Source of the DNA: Okamejei kenojei
Lineage: Eukaryota
Reading direction: 5' to 3'
DNA length: 64,000 bases
Assembly (NCBI GenBank): GCA_035221665.1
Contig: CM069135.1
Span: 76,694,001-76,758,000, forward strand
Below the pieces are notes generated by a model. That model was not told the DNA's origin, made no database searches, and saw only the letters and a program-made list of their open reading frames with translations. Made by a program: the position numbers and the translations under genes. Below, piece by piece: positions 11,940-23,814 of the stretch. Each line of letters starts with the position of its first letter. Position 1 is the first letter of the stretch.

Positions 11940-14900
11940 AGGAAAAATGTTCCCGATGTTGGGGGAGTTCAGACCAGGGGTCACAGTTTAAGAATAAGAG
12001 GTAGGCCATTTAGGACTGAGATGCGGACAAACTTTCATCACCCAGAGAGTTGTTAATCTGTGGAATTCTCTGCCACAGAAGGCAGTGGAGGCCAATTCAC
12101 TGGATGTTTTTAAGAGAGAGTTACATTTAGCTCTTGGAGCTTGCGAAATCAAGGGATTGACCTTAACTGGAGTGGGACTGACATTCTTGCAGGCAGGTTT
12201 GCTAGGGCTACACGTGTGGGTTTAAACTAAATAGTGGGGGGAGGGATTGACAAATTGGGAGTATAATGATGGAGTTGAAGGGGAAGTGAGTACAGGAAAA
12301 ATCACAAAAGAGTCTCGAATTAATAGTAAGGAAAGTTCAAGAAGGGATAAAAGTGTAAGGTCAGGGCCAATTGTGAGCCGTGCGAGGGGGGATGTGAATA
12401 CGGAGGTCAAAGTGTTGTATATGAATGCGCAAAGTATAAGAAATAAAGTGGACGAGCTTGAGGCTCAGTTACAAATTGGCAAGTATGATGTTGTGGGAAT
12501 TACAGAGACATGGCTGCAAAAGGGCCAGGGCTGGGAACTGAAAATTCAAGGGTATACCTCCTATCGAAAAGACAGACAGGTGGGCAGAGGGGGTGGCGTT
12601 GTTCTGTTGGTGAGGAATGAAATTCAGTCCCTTGCAAGGGGTGACATTGAAACAGGAGATGTGGAGTCAGTATGGATCGAACTAAGGAATTGTAAGGGTA
12701 AAAAAACCCTAATGGGACTTATCTACAGACCCCCAAACAGTAGCCTGGACATAGGGTACAAGTTGAATCAGGAATTAAAATTGGCATGTAGCAAAGGTAA
12801 TGCTGTGGTTGTTATGGGAGATTTCAACATGCAGGTAGACTGGGAAAATCAGGTTGGTACTGGACCCCATGAAAGGGACTTTGTAAAGTGCCTTTGTGAT
12901 GGATTCTTAAAGCAGCTTGTATTGGAGCCTACCAGGGAGAAGGCAATTCTGGATTTAGTGTTATGTAATGAACCAGATTTGATAAAGGACCTCGAGGTTA
13001 ATGAGCCATTAGGAAGTAGAGACTATAACATGGTCAGGTTTAACCTACAATTGGAGAGGGAGAAGGGTAGATCGGAGGTGTCAATGTTACAGTTGAATAA
13101 AGGGGACTATGGGGCCATGAGGAAGGAGCTGGCCAAAGTTGACTGGAACGATACACTAGCAGGGATGACAGTGGAACAAAAATGGCAGGTATTTCTAGGA
13201 ATAATACAGGAAGTGCAGGATCAGTTCATTCCTAGGATGAAGAAATATTCCAAGGGGAGTAAGGGGTGACCTTGGCTGACAAGGGACGTCAGGAACAGTA
13301 TAAAAATAAAAGAGAAGTACAACATAGCAAAAATGAGCGGGAAGCAAGAGGATTGGGTAATGTCTAAAGAGCAACAGAAGATAACCATATAACCATATAA
13401 CAATTACAGCACGGAAACAGGCCCTCTCGGCCCTTCCAGTCCGTGCCGACCATGGAAGGGCCGAGAGGGCCTGTTTCCGTGCTGTAATTGACTAAAATTG
13501 ACTAAATAACTAAAAAGACAATACGGAGAGAAAAGATGAGGTACAAAGATAAGCTAGCCAAGAATATAAAGCAGGATAGTAAAAGCTTCTTTAGGTATGT
13601 GAAGAAAAAAAATCAGTTAAGACCAAAGTTAGATCCTTGAAGACCGAAAAAGGTGAATTTATTATGGGGAACAAGGAAATGGCAGATGAGTTGAACAGGT
13701 ACTCTGGATCCGTCTTCACAAAGGAGGACACAAACAATTTTCCTGATATAGTAGTGGCCAGAGGATCTGGGGTAACGGAGGAACTGAAGGAAATCCACAT
13801 TTGGCAGGAAATGGTGGCAGATTTGTATTTTACAGGAAGGGTTTAGAGGGCCTTTGGTCAAATGCAGGCAAAAGGGACTAGCCCAATACACCAACTTAGT
13901 TGGCAAGGACAAGATGGGCCAGAGAGCCCATATCCCAGTTGTACAGCTCTATGCCTTGATGACTCTAAATATGGTTCTTGTCATGTTTCTTCCTGATATA
14001 GTAGTGGCCAGAGGATCTGGGGTGACGGAGGAACTGAAGGAAATCCACATTAGGCAGGAAATTATGTTGGGTATACTGATGGGACTGAAGGCTAATAAAT
14101 CCCCAGGGCCTGATGGTCTGCATTCCAGGGTACTTAAGGAAATGGCTCTCGAAATCGTGGATGCATTGGTGATGGTTTTCCAATGTTCGATAAACTCAGG
14201 ATCAGTTCCTGTGGATTGTAGGGTAGCTAATGTTATCCCACTTTTTAAGAAAGGCGGGAGAGAGAAAACAGGGAATTATGGACCTGTTAGCCTGACATCG
14301 GCAGTGGGGAAGATGCTGGAGTCAATTATAAAAGATGAAATAGCCACACATTTGGATAGCAGTAACAGGATCGGTCCGAGTCAGCATGGATTTACGAAGG
14401 GGAAATCATGCTTGACTAATCTTCTGGAATTTTTTGAAGATGTGACTAAGAAAATGGACAAGGGTGAGCCAGTGGATGTAGTGTACCTGGACTTTCAGAA
14501 AGCATTTGATACGGTCCCACATAGGAGATTAGTGGGCAGAATTATGGCGCATGGTATTGGGGGTGGAGTGCTGACATGGATAAAAAATTGGTTGGCAGAC
14601 AGGAAACAGAGAGTGGGGATTAACTGGTCCCTTTCAGAATGGCAGCCAGTGACTGGTGGGGTCCGCAAGGCTCGGTGCTGGTACTGCAGCTATTTACAAT
14701 ATACATCAATGATTTGGATGAAGGGATTCAAAGTAACATTAGCAAATTTGCAAATGACACAAAGCTGGGTGGCAACTGTGTGAACTGTGAGGAGGATGCT
14801 ATGTGAATGCAGGGTGGTTTGGACAGGTTGGCGGAGTGGGCGGATGCATGGCAGATGACGTTTAATGTGGAGAAATGTGAGGTTATCCACTTTGGTAGTA

Positions 14901-15788
14901 AAAACAGGAAGGCCGATTCCTATCTAAATGGCGTCAAGTTGGGAAAAGGGGAAGTACAGCAGGATCTGGGGGTCCTTGTTCATCAGTCTATGAAAGTAAG
15001 CATGAAGGTACAGCAGGCTGTGAAGAAAGCAAATGGCATGTTATAACAAGAGGAATCGAGTATTGGAGCAAAGAGGTCCTTCTGCAGTTGTACAGAGCCC
15101 TAGTGAGACCACACCTGGAGGATTGTGTGCAATTTTGGTCCCCTAATTTGAGGAAGAACATTCTTGCTATTGAGGGAGTGCAGCATAGGTTTACAAGGCT
15201 AATTCCCGGGATGGAGGGACTGTCATATGCTGAGAGAATGAAGCAGCTGGGCTTGTACACTCTGGAGTTTAGAAGGATGAGAGGTGATCTTTTTGAAACA
15301 TATAAGATTGTTAAGGGTTTGGACACGCTGGAGGCAGGATACATGTTCCCAATGTTGGGGGAGTCCAGAACCAGGGGCCACAGTTTAAGAATAAGGAGTA
15401 AGCCATTTAGAACAGAGATGAGGAAACACTATTTCTCACAGAGAGTAGTGAGTGTGTGGAATTCTCTGCCTCAGAGGGCGGTGGAGGCAGGTTCTCTGGA
15501 TGCTTTCAAGAGAGAGCTGGATAGGGCTCTTAAAGATAGTGGAGTCAGGGGATATGGGGAAAAGGCAGGAACAGGGTACTGATTGGGGATGATCAGCCAT
15601 GATCACATTGAATGGCGGTGCTGGATCGAAGGGCCGAATGGACTACTCCTACACCTATTGTCTATTGTCTATTGATATGGGAAAAAAAACTGGAAAGGTA
15701 CTGATTTTAGATGAACAGCCATGATCATATTGAATGGCTCGAAGGGCAGAATGGCCTATTCTTGCACCTATTTTGTATGTTTCTATGC
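11940..15788 (+). mobile_element. Older CR1 3' fragment (11940-12157 plus 15675-15788) split by a younger CR1
   Basis: ...gaaatcaagggat | gatatgggaaaaaa...cacctattttgtatgtttctatg rejoin as a CR1 3'UTR. Confidence 0.75.
12160..15675 (+). mobile_element. CR1 LINE, near-complete ORF2 (APE endonuclease + RT) with stops and frameshifts
   Basis: VLYMNAQSIRNK, GITETW, GDFN, ILDLVL (EN); SPGPDG, QHGF, YLDFQKAFD, LVRPHLE, WNSLP (RT); (ctattgt)n tail. Confidence 0.95.
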
Positions 15789-15857
15789 CTGAGTATATGG
15801 CAATAAAACTCGACCACTTGATTGTGAAGCATTCATGCAGGGTGGAGGTATAATGTA

Positions 15858-16092
15858 GTCATAGAGTGATACACTGTGAAAACAGGCCCTTTAGCCCAAC
15901 TTGCCCTCACCCGCCAACATGTCCCAGCTACACTACCTGCTTTTGGTCCATATCCCTCCAAACCTGCTTTTGGTCCATATCCATGTATATGTCTAACTGT
16001 TTCTTAATTGTTGGGATAGTCCCTGCCTCAACAACCTCCTCTCGCAGCTTGTTCCATACACCCACCACCCTTTGAGTGGAAAATGTTACCCC
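15858..16092 (-). mobile_element. CR1 (HER1-like) 3' end with a 27-nt tandem duplication
   Basis: gtcatagagtgatacactgtgaaaacaggccc...; acctgcttttggtccatatcc occurs twice. Confidence 0.75.
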
Positions 16093-19000
16093 TTAAAAAG
16101 TTATGTCTTAAACATACTTCAAACAAAAAACATTGAAATCATACTTCTACAATGGACTAAAACATGATTTTAATACAAAAAGTCCCTATCCCCACTCGGT
16201 CGATCCACTCCCTCACCAGGTACCCCAAGGCCAGTGATCAGTGATCACTCAGCCCCCCCCCCCCCCCCCCACTTTCCAAAATGCCCCGTGGCCCCTGGTT
16301 CAGATGGAGAGCACTGCCAGATGTGAGCGGGGAACTGAGGCCAGTTGACCGTGATGTCTGGATCCCAATGATCAGCCCTTCATGTTTCGGAGTTGGCTAA
16401 TGTTATTGATTTGTAATTAGCCTGATTTGTAATTAGTTGACAAAACCTTAATTTATGAATCCGGAATATCCAGGGGGATGGGATAAGTGTAATATTAAAA
16501 TGACATGCAAGCTGTCAGGCTGTCTGTCACAACATACAGCCCCGATAACCCATTATTTCCTTCAGTTAAATATTGGGAAGGTAGCACTATTGTCATTTGC
16601 CACTCAACTATTAGGTTTGATTACCTCACTGACTACATCAACCCCCCCCCAAATTCCTTTGACTGGTTGAATAGAAATATCCCCAATCTCGTTTTCTTAT
16701 TAACTGAACACATAGATGAACATCCTCAAGGCATGTAATCAGATGGAAACTGATTCAGATGCAATGTTTAAGAGCTTGTTCAAAGAAGGGGCATATTTTA
16801 AAGGAGTGACAGAAATACTTGCAGGGGAATGTGTGATGAGGTTATTATTTGTCTTTAGTTTTAGCTTGAACCAGGACATCTGAAGATTCAAAGTTGAATA
16901 TAGTAATTGTGCTGATACTGACTCGAACCAACCATGTAATGAATATCATCCATTCCGGAGGTTTTATATTTCTCATGCCTTTAAACTTCACTTGGATTTC
17001 AATCACTTCAATGTAAAAGTAATTGGTAATGGGGAGCATTGGAACAAAAAATTGCCCTTGGTACATATTAACTGTAATATAATAATGTCTGCATGTTGGT
17101 AGGTACAATCAAAACAAATATCTTTTTTATCATTGTTGTGTTATGAATACCACAGAAAATATTATGTACTCTCAAGATCACATTAAATAGAATATTATTG
17201 CTTAAATATATAGTTATTGGACTTTGCATTTCAGAAAAGTCCCAGCTGAGAGGAAGACAGCAAAACACTGAAAACATTGGGGGTGAAAATTATTTCAGGA
17301 CAATTTGTTAGGAAAATTAAGGAAATGGTAATAGAATACTTATACAGCTGAGTGAGTATAATTTTATGGATGAGAAATTGTGTTCCACCAATTGATGACT
17401 TATTTGACAAAGTAAATAGCATGTTAGATAACAAGGAGGCTAACGAATGGAGCAAATTTTGTTATTTGGTCCGTGAAGTGCCCCATAAAATATTACCACA
17501 TTAGGTAAGCACCTGTGGACTTGAACATAATAGGTTAAGTTCAGGAGGTCAGATGTGGGGCTTTATGTGTGGGCCAGATATATTGTCAGTGCAGAAGGGC
17601 TAGGAGCAAGGCCAAGTGTGCATCCAGAGTCAAGGTCTGGAATAGTATTAGTTGTGCAGCCAAAGCTGGGACAATGGGAGTGTTCAGCACCGGAAACCTA
17701 AGCAGGTAGCTATGATCAGGGCATAATAGGGGGCCAGGTGTAAGGCTGGACTCAGGGTCAGGAATGAGTGAAGGTATGCAACTGGAGTCAGAGTCAGCAA
17801 TAGTACCCGGTGTGCAGTGAGACCCAGGTTGGTCAACATGTACCAAGTACTTGATTATAATCTGATTTCCATACATGAATACACTAAGATCATTCATGTG
17901 CTGCACCTGTTTATCTGAGCCTGGCTCTACTGTGGAATGTAATTAGGAATGTAATTTAGCCTAACCTTATTCATAGCTAATCCAATTTAAAGCATAAATA
18001 TTGCATTCAAGTGTAAGTTAAAAGACTCACTACAGTATGCACCAGATTGCACAATTTCAAGCTGAAAAATGCAACAGCAACATACCAAGCTCCGACATCC
18101 CCTTCCCACGCCCCCCCCCCCCCCCCCCACAATCACTAGACTCCCTCGGGCTTGGTCTCTCGCAATTTCGCACTGCCAACTCTCACCCAAATTTGGCAAC
18201 TTGCCGTAGCCAGGATCAAACCTGGGTCTCTGCCGCAGTAAAGTAGCATCTCTACCACTGCGCCACCGTGCCAAACATGGAGTTCCCTGAATTCTGGTGG
18301 CAGCCCAGCTACCTCTGAGCCTGGCTCTCTGGCTCTGCCATCTCGAGTGGTTGAATACGAGAGATAATGTTTTATATCTCAGAAACTGGTATTGCTAGTC
18401 TGCCGTTTTACCAGTTAATTTTCCAGTTGCGTTTCATTTCTCTAATGACTTAGGTTAAACATTTCCCTTTGGTCTTTATCTTATTCAAGCAATTAGCCTA
18501 ATTACAGGCCTTCAATCCCAGCAATAGGGATTTAAACTGGCAGCAAAAAAACTAAAATAAAATGCTATCTAGTATTCTCTTGCCCCAAGCTTGCTTTGGT
18601 AATGGTTATTGACAGATAATATAATCCAAGAGTACTATTGGCAAAATTGAATGAAATTGACAGATGATGAATAATAATGTGAAAAACATGATATGTTAGG
18701 TAAATTAGGTTATTTTTGAAATGTCCAAATTAGATTGTTACATGCATATTTAAAAAAAAACTGCAATTTTCAAAAGCCAATACTCTGAAATTGGAATTAT
18801 GATGCTATATTTCTTTACGGAAAATCGTTCAGTTCTGGAGCAGAGAAAATAAAGCATTCATCTGAGTAATTCGTATAAACTGGAGCCATATGGCAAACCA
18901 TAATAGTTCTGAGGGAGCTCGGTAATGTATGCTCTTTCCACTGAAGCTCAGGGTGATATCAACTGACTGAAGAGAAATTAACATGATGTGCTATGGAGCA

Positions 19001-19598
19001 GATGCATGACAACAAGGACTGCCTAGGGGGGTGGACCTTAGGACACAGACGAGCGTAATGAAGAAACAATCCCCACTAGAAGCCACGTACTGCAGTTAAT
19101 CAACTGCATTTTAAATGCTCGCAGTGCAACAAGGCCTGCACTGTAAAACTGGAAACCATATGTGGGGAGAAAAAAACTTCTAAATCTCCTAGGGTTGATT
19201 GATTTTTTTTTCTCTCTCTCTTTTTCGTTCTCCTCCTGGCAGCCTGTGAAGGTTTACGGAATCAGCTAATAAGTGGCAGACCAGAGATTTGTGGGAGGAG
19301 ATTTGGCTCTATTGAATTTGTCTGTGAGCAGAGTGCAGCTCAGAGTGAGATCACATCCTCACGTTAAAGGCTGTCCATATCAGTGTATCGCCGCAGTTTG
19401 GGGGCTGCATGATATCCTCAGGATTACAACAGCAGGAAATCAAAAGCGTTTTGCTTCACTCTCGGGAGTCACGTCCGTGGTCAGCTCAACAAAATGGGCC
19501 TCAAGTAGGATAGTTTTCTCAAGAAGTAGAAGCAACTGGATCTGATACTTTTATGGTCAATTCTGGAGTTCTTTTGGTCTCATACTTGACTCTTCGCT

Positions 19599-19659
19599 AT
19601 GTGGGGCAGAGTAATTTCAGACCACAAGAATGGCTTTACGATCTGCAGAAGACAAGCAG
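19599..19659 (+). CDS. CEP85L: CEP85L coding exon 1 (MWGRVISDHKNGFTICRRQA-G, phase 1)
   Basis: MWGR start and ...AG end match recalled human CEP85L (MWGRFLAPE...FPAG); donor CAG|gtaaaa; 61 nt, phase-compatible with the 42507 exon. Confidence 0.85.
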
Positions 19660-20465
19660 GTAAAAAAAAACATGTAGAAAAGAGGTCCTGATTCAGTAAG
19701 CAGATTTTTTTTTTTTTTCTGAATAAGAAAGGAACAGCTGGAGTAGGATGTCCCTACCAACAGCGTGGCTAATCGGTGTGTGATTCCAGGCTAGCTACAA
19801 TGTTCGGAGAAGTGAGCTGCTGTTTAAGCTTTTAGAGTGCTTGGATTGACTAGAAAGAGAAAACCAAATCTGATGACACATTCTGAGCTTGACAGAGATT
19901 GTGAAGAAACTCTGCTTGATGAAGCAGATTGGTAAATAGATGTTCTGTTCCAGAAGGTGCAGACGTGCAACTGTTGTATTGAATTTCAGTTTATTTTAAT
20001 GCAATTTAAGATGCACTTCTGGTCTTCACTTTTAATGTCTTTAACAGAGGCTCAATTGCATGGTTTTTACGGTGTTTATGCAAATCTCATAACGCCTTGA
20101 ATATTAATGCTTTTACTTTAAAAAAAAACTCATTGTTAGTCTAAAGAGATTTATTTGCTGTGTACCTTTAAACTTGCTGTGTAGCTTTGGCAGATGTGTA
20201 GAGAAAGTAGCAAAATAGGGAGACAGTTTATGTTGAAATATGTTAAAAATTATTCAGTTTACTGAATAACTACAGAAGTGTTAACATGTCCAAATAGCGG
20301 TTATAAATTCACAGCTTAACAGTGTTCAAGAGAGATCTTGCAACCATTTTGTTGGAATTCATGCTCCATTGGTAGTCCTTAAGGTGCTATTTGGTTGCAA
20401 GGTCAATGTAAATGAATTTTGTAGGTAGAGCACAGGGCGGCATGTTAGCGCAGTACATCATACTT

Positions 20466-20725
20466 GGGGGTGGCGCAGTGGTAGAGTTGCTGCTTTACAA
20501 CGCTCGATCCTGTCTGTACGGAGTTTGTACATTCTCCCTGTGACCGAGTCAGTTTTCTCCGGAAGCTCCGGTTTTCTCCCACGGTCATACAGGTTTGGAA
20601 ATTTATTCGCTTTGGAAAAAATTGTAATTGGTCCCTGGTGTGTAGGATACTGTTAGTATACGAGGGTGACGACTTGGTGGGTTGAAGGGTCTGCTTCCGC
20701 ACTGTATCTCTAAACTAAACTAAAC
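20466..20725 (+). mobile_element. tRNA-derived SINE
   Basis: ggtggcgcagtggtagagttgctg...ggagtttgtacattctccc...(taaac)n tail. Confidence 0.8.
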
Positions 20726-21502
20726 TACCGCCACTACTGACTGTGGGTAAACTTTTCCCTTGCGTTTACCCACAGTCAGTGGTGGCGGTAGTTTAGACTT
20801 TATGCCTTTGAGCTTCCAGGTCAGATTTCAGTGGCACAAATGTGTTCTTCACTGTTTTATTTTAGATAAGACCTATTCCAATGTGATTGTGTGAACAATA
20901 GTAGATAATATATAGCCATATGTCATAATGTTCCAATCGCTAAGCTTACAACCCAATGATATGAATTCTCCAACTTCAAATAATCCCAACAATCCCTCTT
21001 TCTTTCAAAATAGTGTAACATTAGATAGTCACCCATTATATAAAACCAATTTGGTAGTGTAAACAGAACAAAACTGGATATATTTGGCTCATTCTCTCTT
21101 AGCTTTCTTTGCTACTTTGATAAAGAAGCTTGTTAAACCTGGGGAAAATTTAAAAAAAGTTCCTTTTACCTATGAAGTTAGAAAGCTCCTGTCAACTAGA
21201 AAGACAGAGTTGATCCTGACGCACTCCTCATCTGCTGCCTGCATTTTCTGGGAGGGGATAATGAATAGCAGCTGACACCAAGGTGCCTTGGCTGTTTTTA
21301 TCCACAACCTACACAGGACATTGAAACTGATTAGTGTTATTATCAGCATCTTGGATTAACTTGGTTAAATCACAGACTAAGGATTATACATCACATGATC
21401 AGGAATGCTATTTGGCAAAATAGGTCTGATGCAGAGATCTCAAAATGAAGCTAATTTGGATATTGATCAATTGTTGCAGATACTGAAAGTCTCCTATAAA
21501 TG

Positions 21503-21815
21503 GGTGGCACGTTGGTGCAGCCGGTAGAGCTGTTCCTCGCAGCACCAGAGACCCAGCTTCAATCCTCATCTCGGATGGTGGCTGTGTGGAGTTTGCATAT
21601 TTTTCTGTGATCACCTAATTTCCTCTGGGTGCTTTCGTTTCCTCCCACATCCCAAAAGACGTGCGGGTTTTAGGTTAATTGGCTTCTGTAAATTGGCCTT
21701 TGTGTGTTGGAGTGGATGCAGAAGTGGGATAACATAGAACCCGTGTGAATGGGTGATCAATGGTTGGCGTAGATTTAGTGCTGTTTCTTTGCTGTATCTA
21801 TCAATCAATCAATCA
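21503..21815 (+). mobile_element. tRNA-derived SINE
   Basis: A/B boxes, cctcccacatcccaaaagacg core, (tcaa)n tail. Confidence 0.8.
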
Positions 21816-22395
21816 ATTCAATACAAGTGTGCAGTGAGATTGATGCATTAGGAAATTATAATATACATATAATATAAATAAGAATTCTTTCTGAGATATG
21901 TTTGCTGGGTCCCTCAAATGATGCAGCGACATAGTCTGAGCGAAACGTCGGCAGACTATGTAGTCTACCGTCTACCCACGCATCCTGTTCATTAGCTGAA
22001 GAGTAGTGGTTCCTGCCCACAGGAGAAATTGTCCGAAATGGCATCTAGGGACTGAACAATGTTGGCCATTAATGTTGGGTTAATGACTAAAGGGCCATTT
22101 CCCAAAATGAATGACAGTCTTCACTAAGGGAAGAATTTAAGTGAGAATGGTTTCATTGTCAGTGCTTTGTGGCAGAATAATAATTTGCTCTTATCATCTC
22201 AGCAATTGAACTAAAATGAGTGATGTTTAAACTGGTGTGAAACGTGGAAGCTACTGTTCCCCATTAAATCACACACCTCACTGATTATCAGAAATAAGTG
22301 GTTTAATTTTTCAATTTCATTTTTGTCATTAGCTGAGTAATCCAGAGGCATTCTTTTTGCCTCATCCTTTGAGATTTCTCACCTTTCCAGATCAG

Positions 22396-22558
22396 NNNNN
22401 NNNNNNNNNNNNNNNNNNNNNNNNNNNNNNNNNNNNNNNNNNNNNNNNNNNNNNNNNNNNNNNNNNNNNNNNNNNNNNNNNNNNNNNNNNNNNNNNNNNN
22501 NNNNNNNNNNNNNNNNNNNNNNNNNNNNNNNNNNNNNNNNNNNNNNNNNNNNNNNNNN
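22396..22558. other. Assembly gap (163 N)
   Basis: Run of n characters. Confidence 1.
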
Positions 22559-22914
22559 ACCAGACATATGGACATTAATCTAGGGACGCATTCAAAATCC
22601 ACAGATAGCAGCAGTGGAATTTAAATGCAGTCAGTAACCAGAATTGTTATTAATAATGACCAAACTACTGATTGTACCTTTCAGGAGAGAAAATTGCTCT
22701 CTTTGCTCAATTTGGATTATATGTGATTCCAGAACAATCAATAGAGTTTGCTATTAAATGCCCCCTGAAGCTAAGCCACCATAAATACTGCATTGTAACT
22801 GGGAAAGAAAGCCTGGCGATCTACCTTCATTGGTAAAGAATGGCTTTTTCCTCATGGGCTTAACTAGTTTTATAAAAGGAATTTTATAATGCCGGTTTGG
22901 GGATTGGTGTCGAG

Positions 22915-23195
22915 ATAGGGCGGCGTGATTGCTGCCTTACAGCGCTTGCGATGCCAGAGATCCAGGTTCGATCTTGATTACGGGTGTCTGTACCGAGTTT
23001 GTACGTTCTCCCCATGACCGCGCGATTTTTTTTTCTCCAAGATCTTCGGTTTCCTCCCACACTCCAAAGACATAGTGGTTTGTAGGTTAATTGGCTTGGT
23101 ATGAATGTAGGGTAGAGTTAATGTGCGGGGATTGCTGGTCAGCACAGACTCAGTGGGCCGTAGGGCCTGTTTCCGTATTGTATCTCTAAACTAAA
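22915..23195 (+). mobile_element. tRNA-derived SINE
   Basis: ggttcgatc B box, ttcggtttcctcccacactccaaagac core, gggcctgtttcc tail. Confidence 0.8.
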
Positions 23196-23814
23196 GAGTA
23201 AACAAACAAAAGACTGGCAAAGTCATACTCAAAGAATCACACCTGACAATGTGCTAGACTCCTCCATTATAATTCCTTGGGATGTCCTGGAGTGTGGTGT
23301 GGGAATTGTGGTGAGTGACTTGCCTTCTGGCACCCAGAGATCCTTCCACCTTCAACAGGAATGTGATGGAATTCCCTTCACTCGCCTGGATTAGGCACAG
23401 TCCCAGTCAATGCTGTCTGCCTGATCAGCACCTCACCCATTGCCCTACATATTTGCTCCATTCACCAGCAGTACACAATGTTGCCATCCACAAATGCAAC
23501 ACTATTACTCCACTCTGAATAGTGCCAACATCTCCCATACCTGGGACATCCACTGCCACGTTGGGCAAGGATAACAAGCTGATGGGAACACTGCCACTTG
23601 CAGATTACCTTAGTCATTCTGGAAAGGGATTATAATTTCTCTGTGGTCATTGGATCTAGGTCCAGAAGCTCCCTTCCTAATGTCATAAGGACGGCAGCAA
23701 TTAAAGGTGCTGCCTGACCTCTATCTTCTCCAGAAAGGCCTGAATAAACAAGAAGCTTTGCCTTCGACAGCAACATCAAGATGTCGGTTAAAAGAAGTTA
23801 GAAAATATAATCTA

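Larger units (their letters stand above)
11400..18203. mobile_element. Non-autonomous TIR DNA transposon (hAT-like, Pack-type) with captured host sequence and nested LINEs
   Basis: Left end cagagctgccaa, right end ttggcaacttg; ctgccaactctcac is identical at 11405-11418 and 18173-18186; degenerate TSD gcccatag/ccgtag; bisects a SINE; no transposase ORF. Confidence 0.7.
11158..18272 (-). mobile_element. SINE split in two (11158-11399 and 18204-18272) by a 6.8 kb insertion
   Basis: ...acagacaagcgcccatag | ccgtagccaggatcaaacctgggtctctg...ctaccactgcgccaccgtgcc rejoins as one SINE, colinear with other copies such as 35988-36275. Confidence 0.8.

Noticed and set aside
16253-16270. Poly-C runs (also 18112-18128) as functional G-quadruplex elements
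   Set aside because: Homopolymers within transposon-internal sequence; length unreliable and no independent evidence of function.
19630-19659. ATG GCT TTA... (MALRSAEDKQ) as the CEP85L start
   Set aside because: Ends in phase 0, incompatible with phase-1 exon 2; the upstream MWGR frame fits both phase and homology.
22303-22602. ORFs spanning poly-X
   Set aside because: Artefacts of the N gap.
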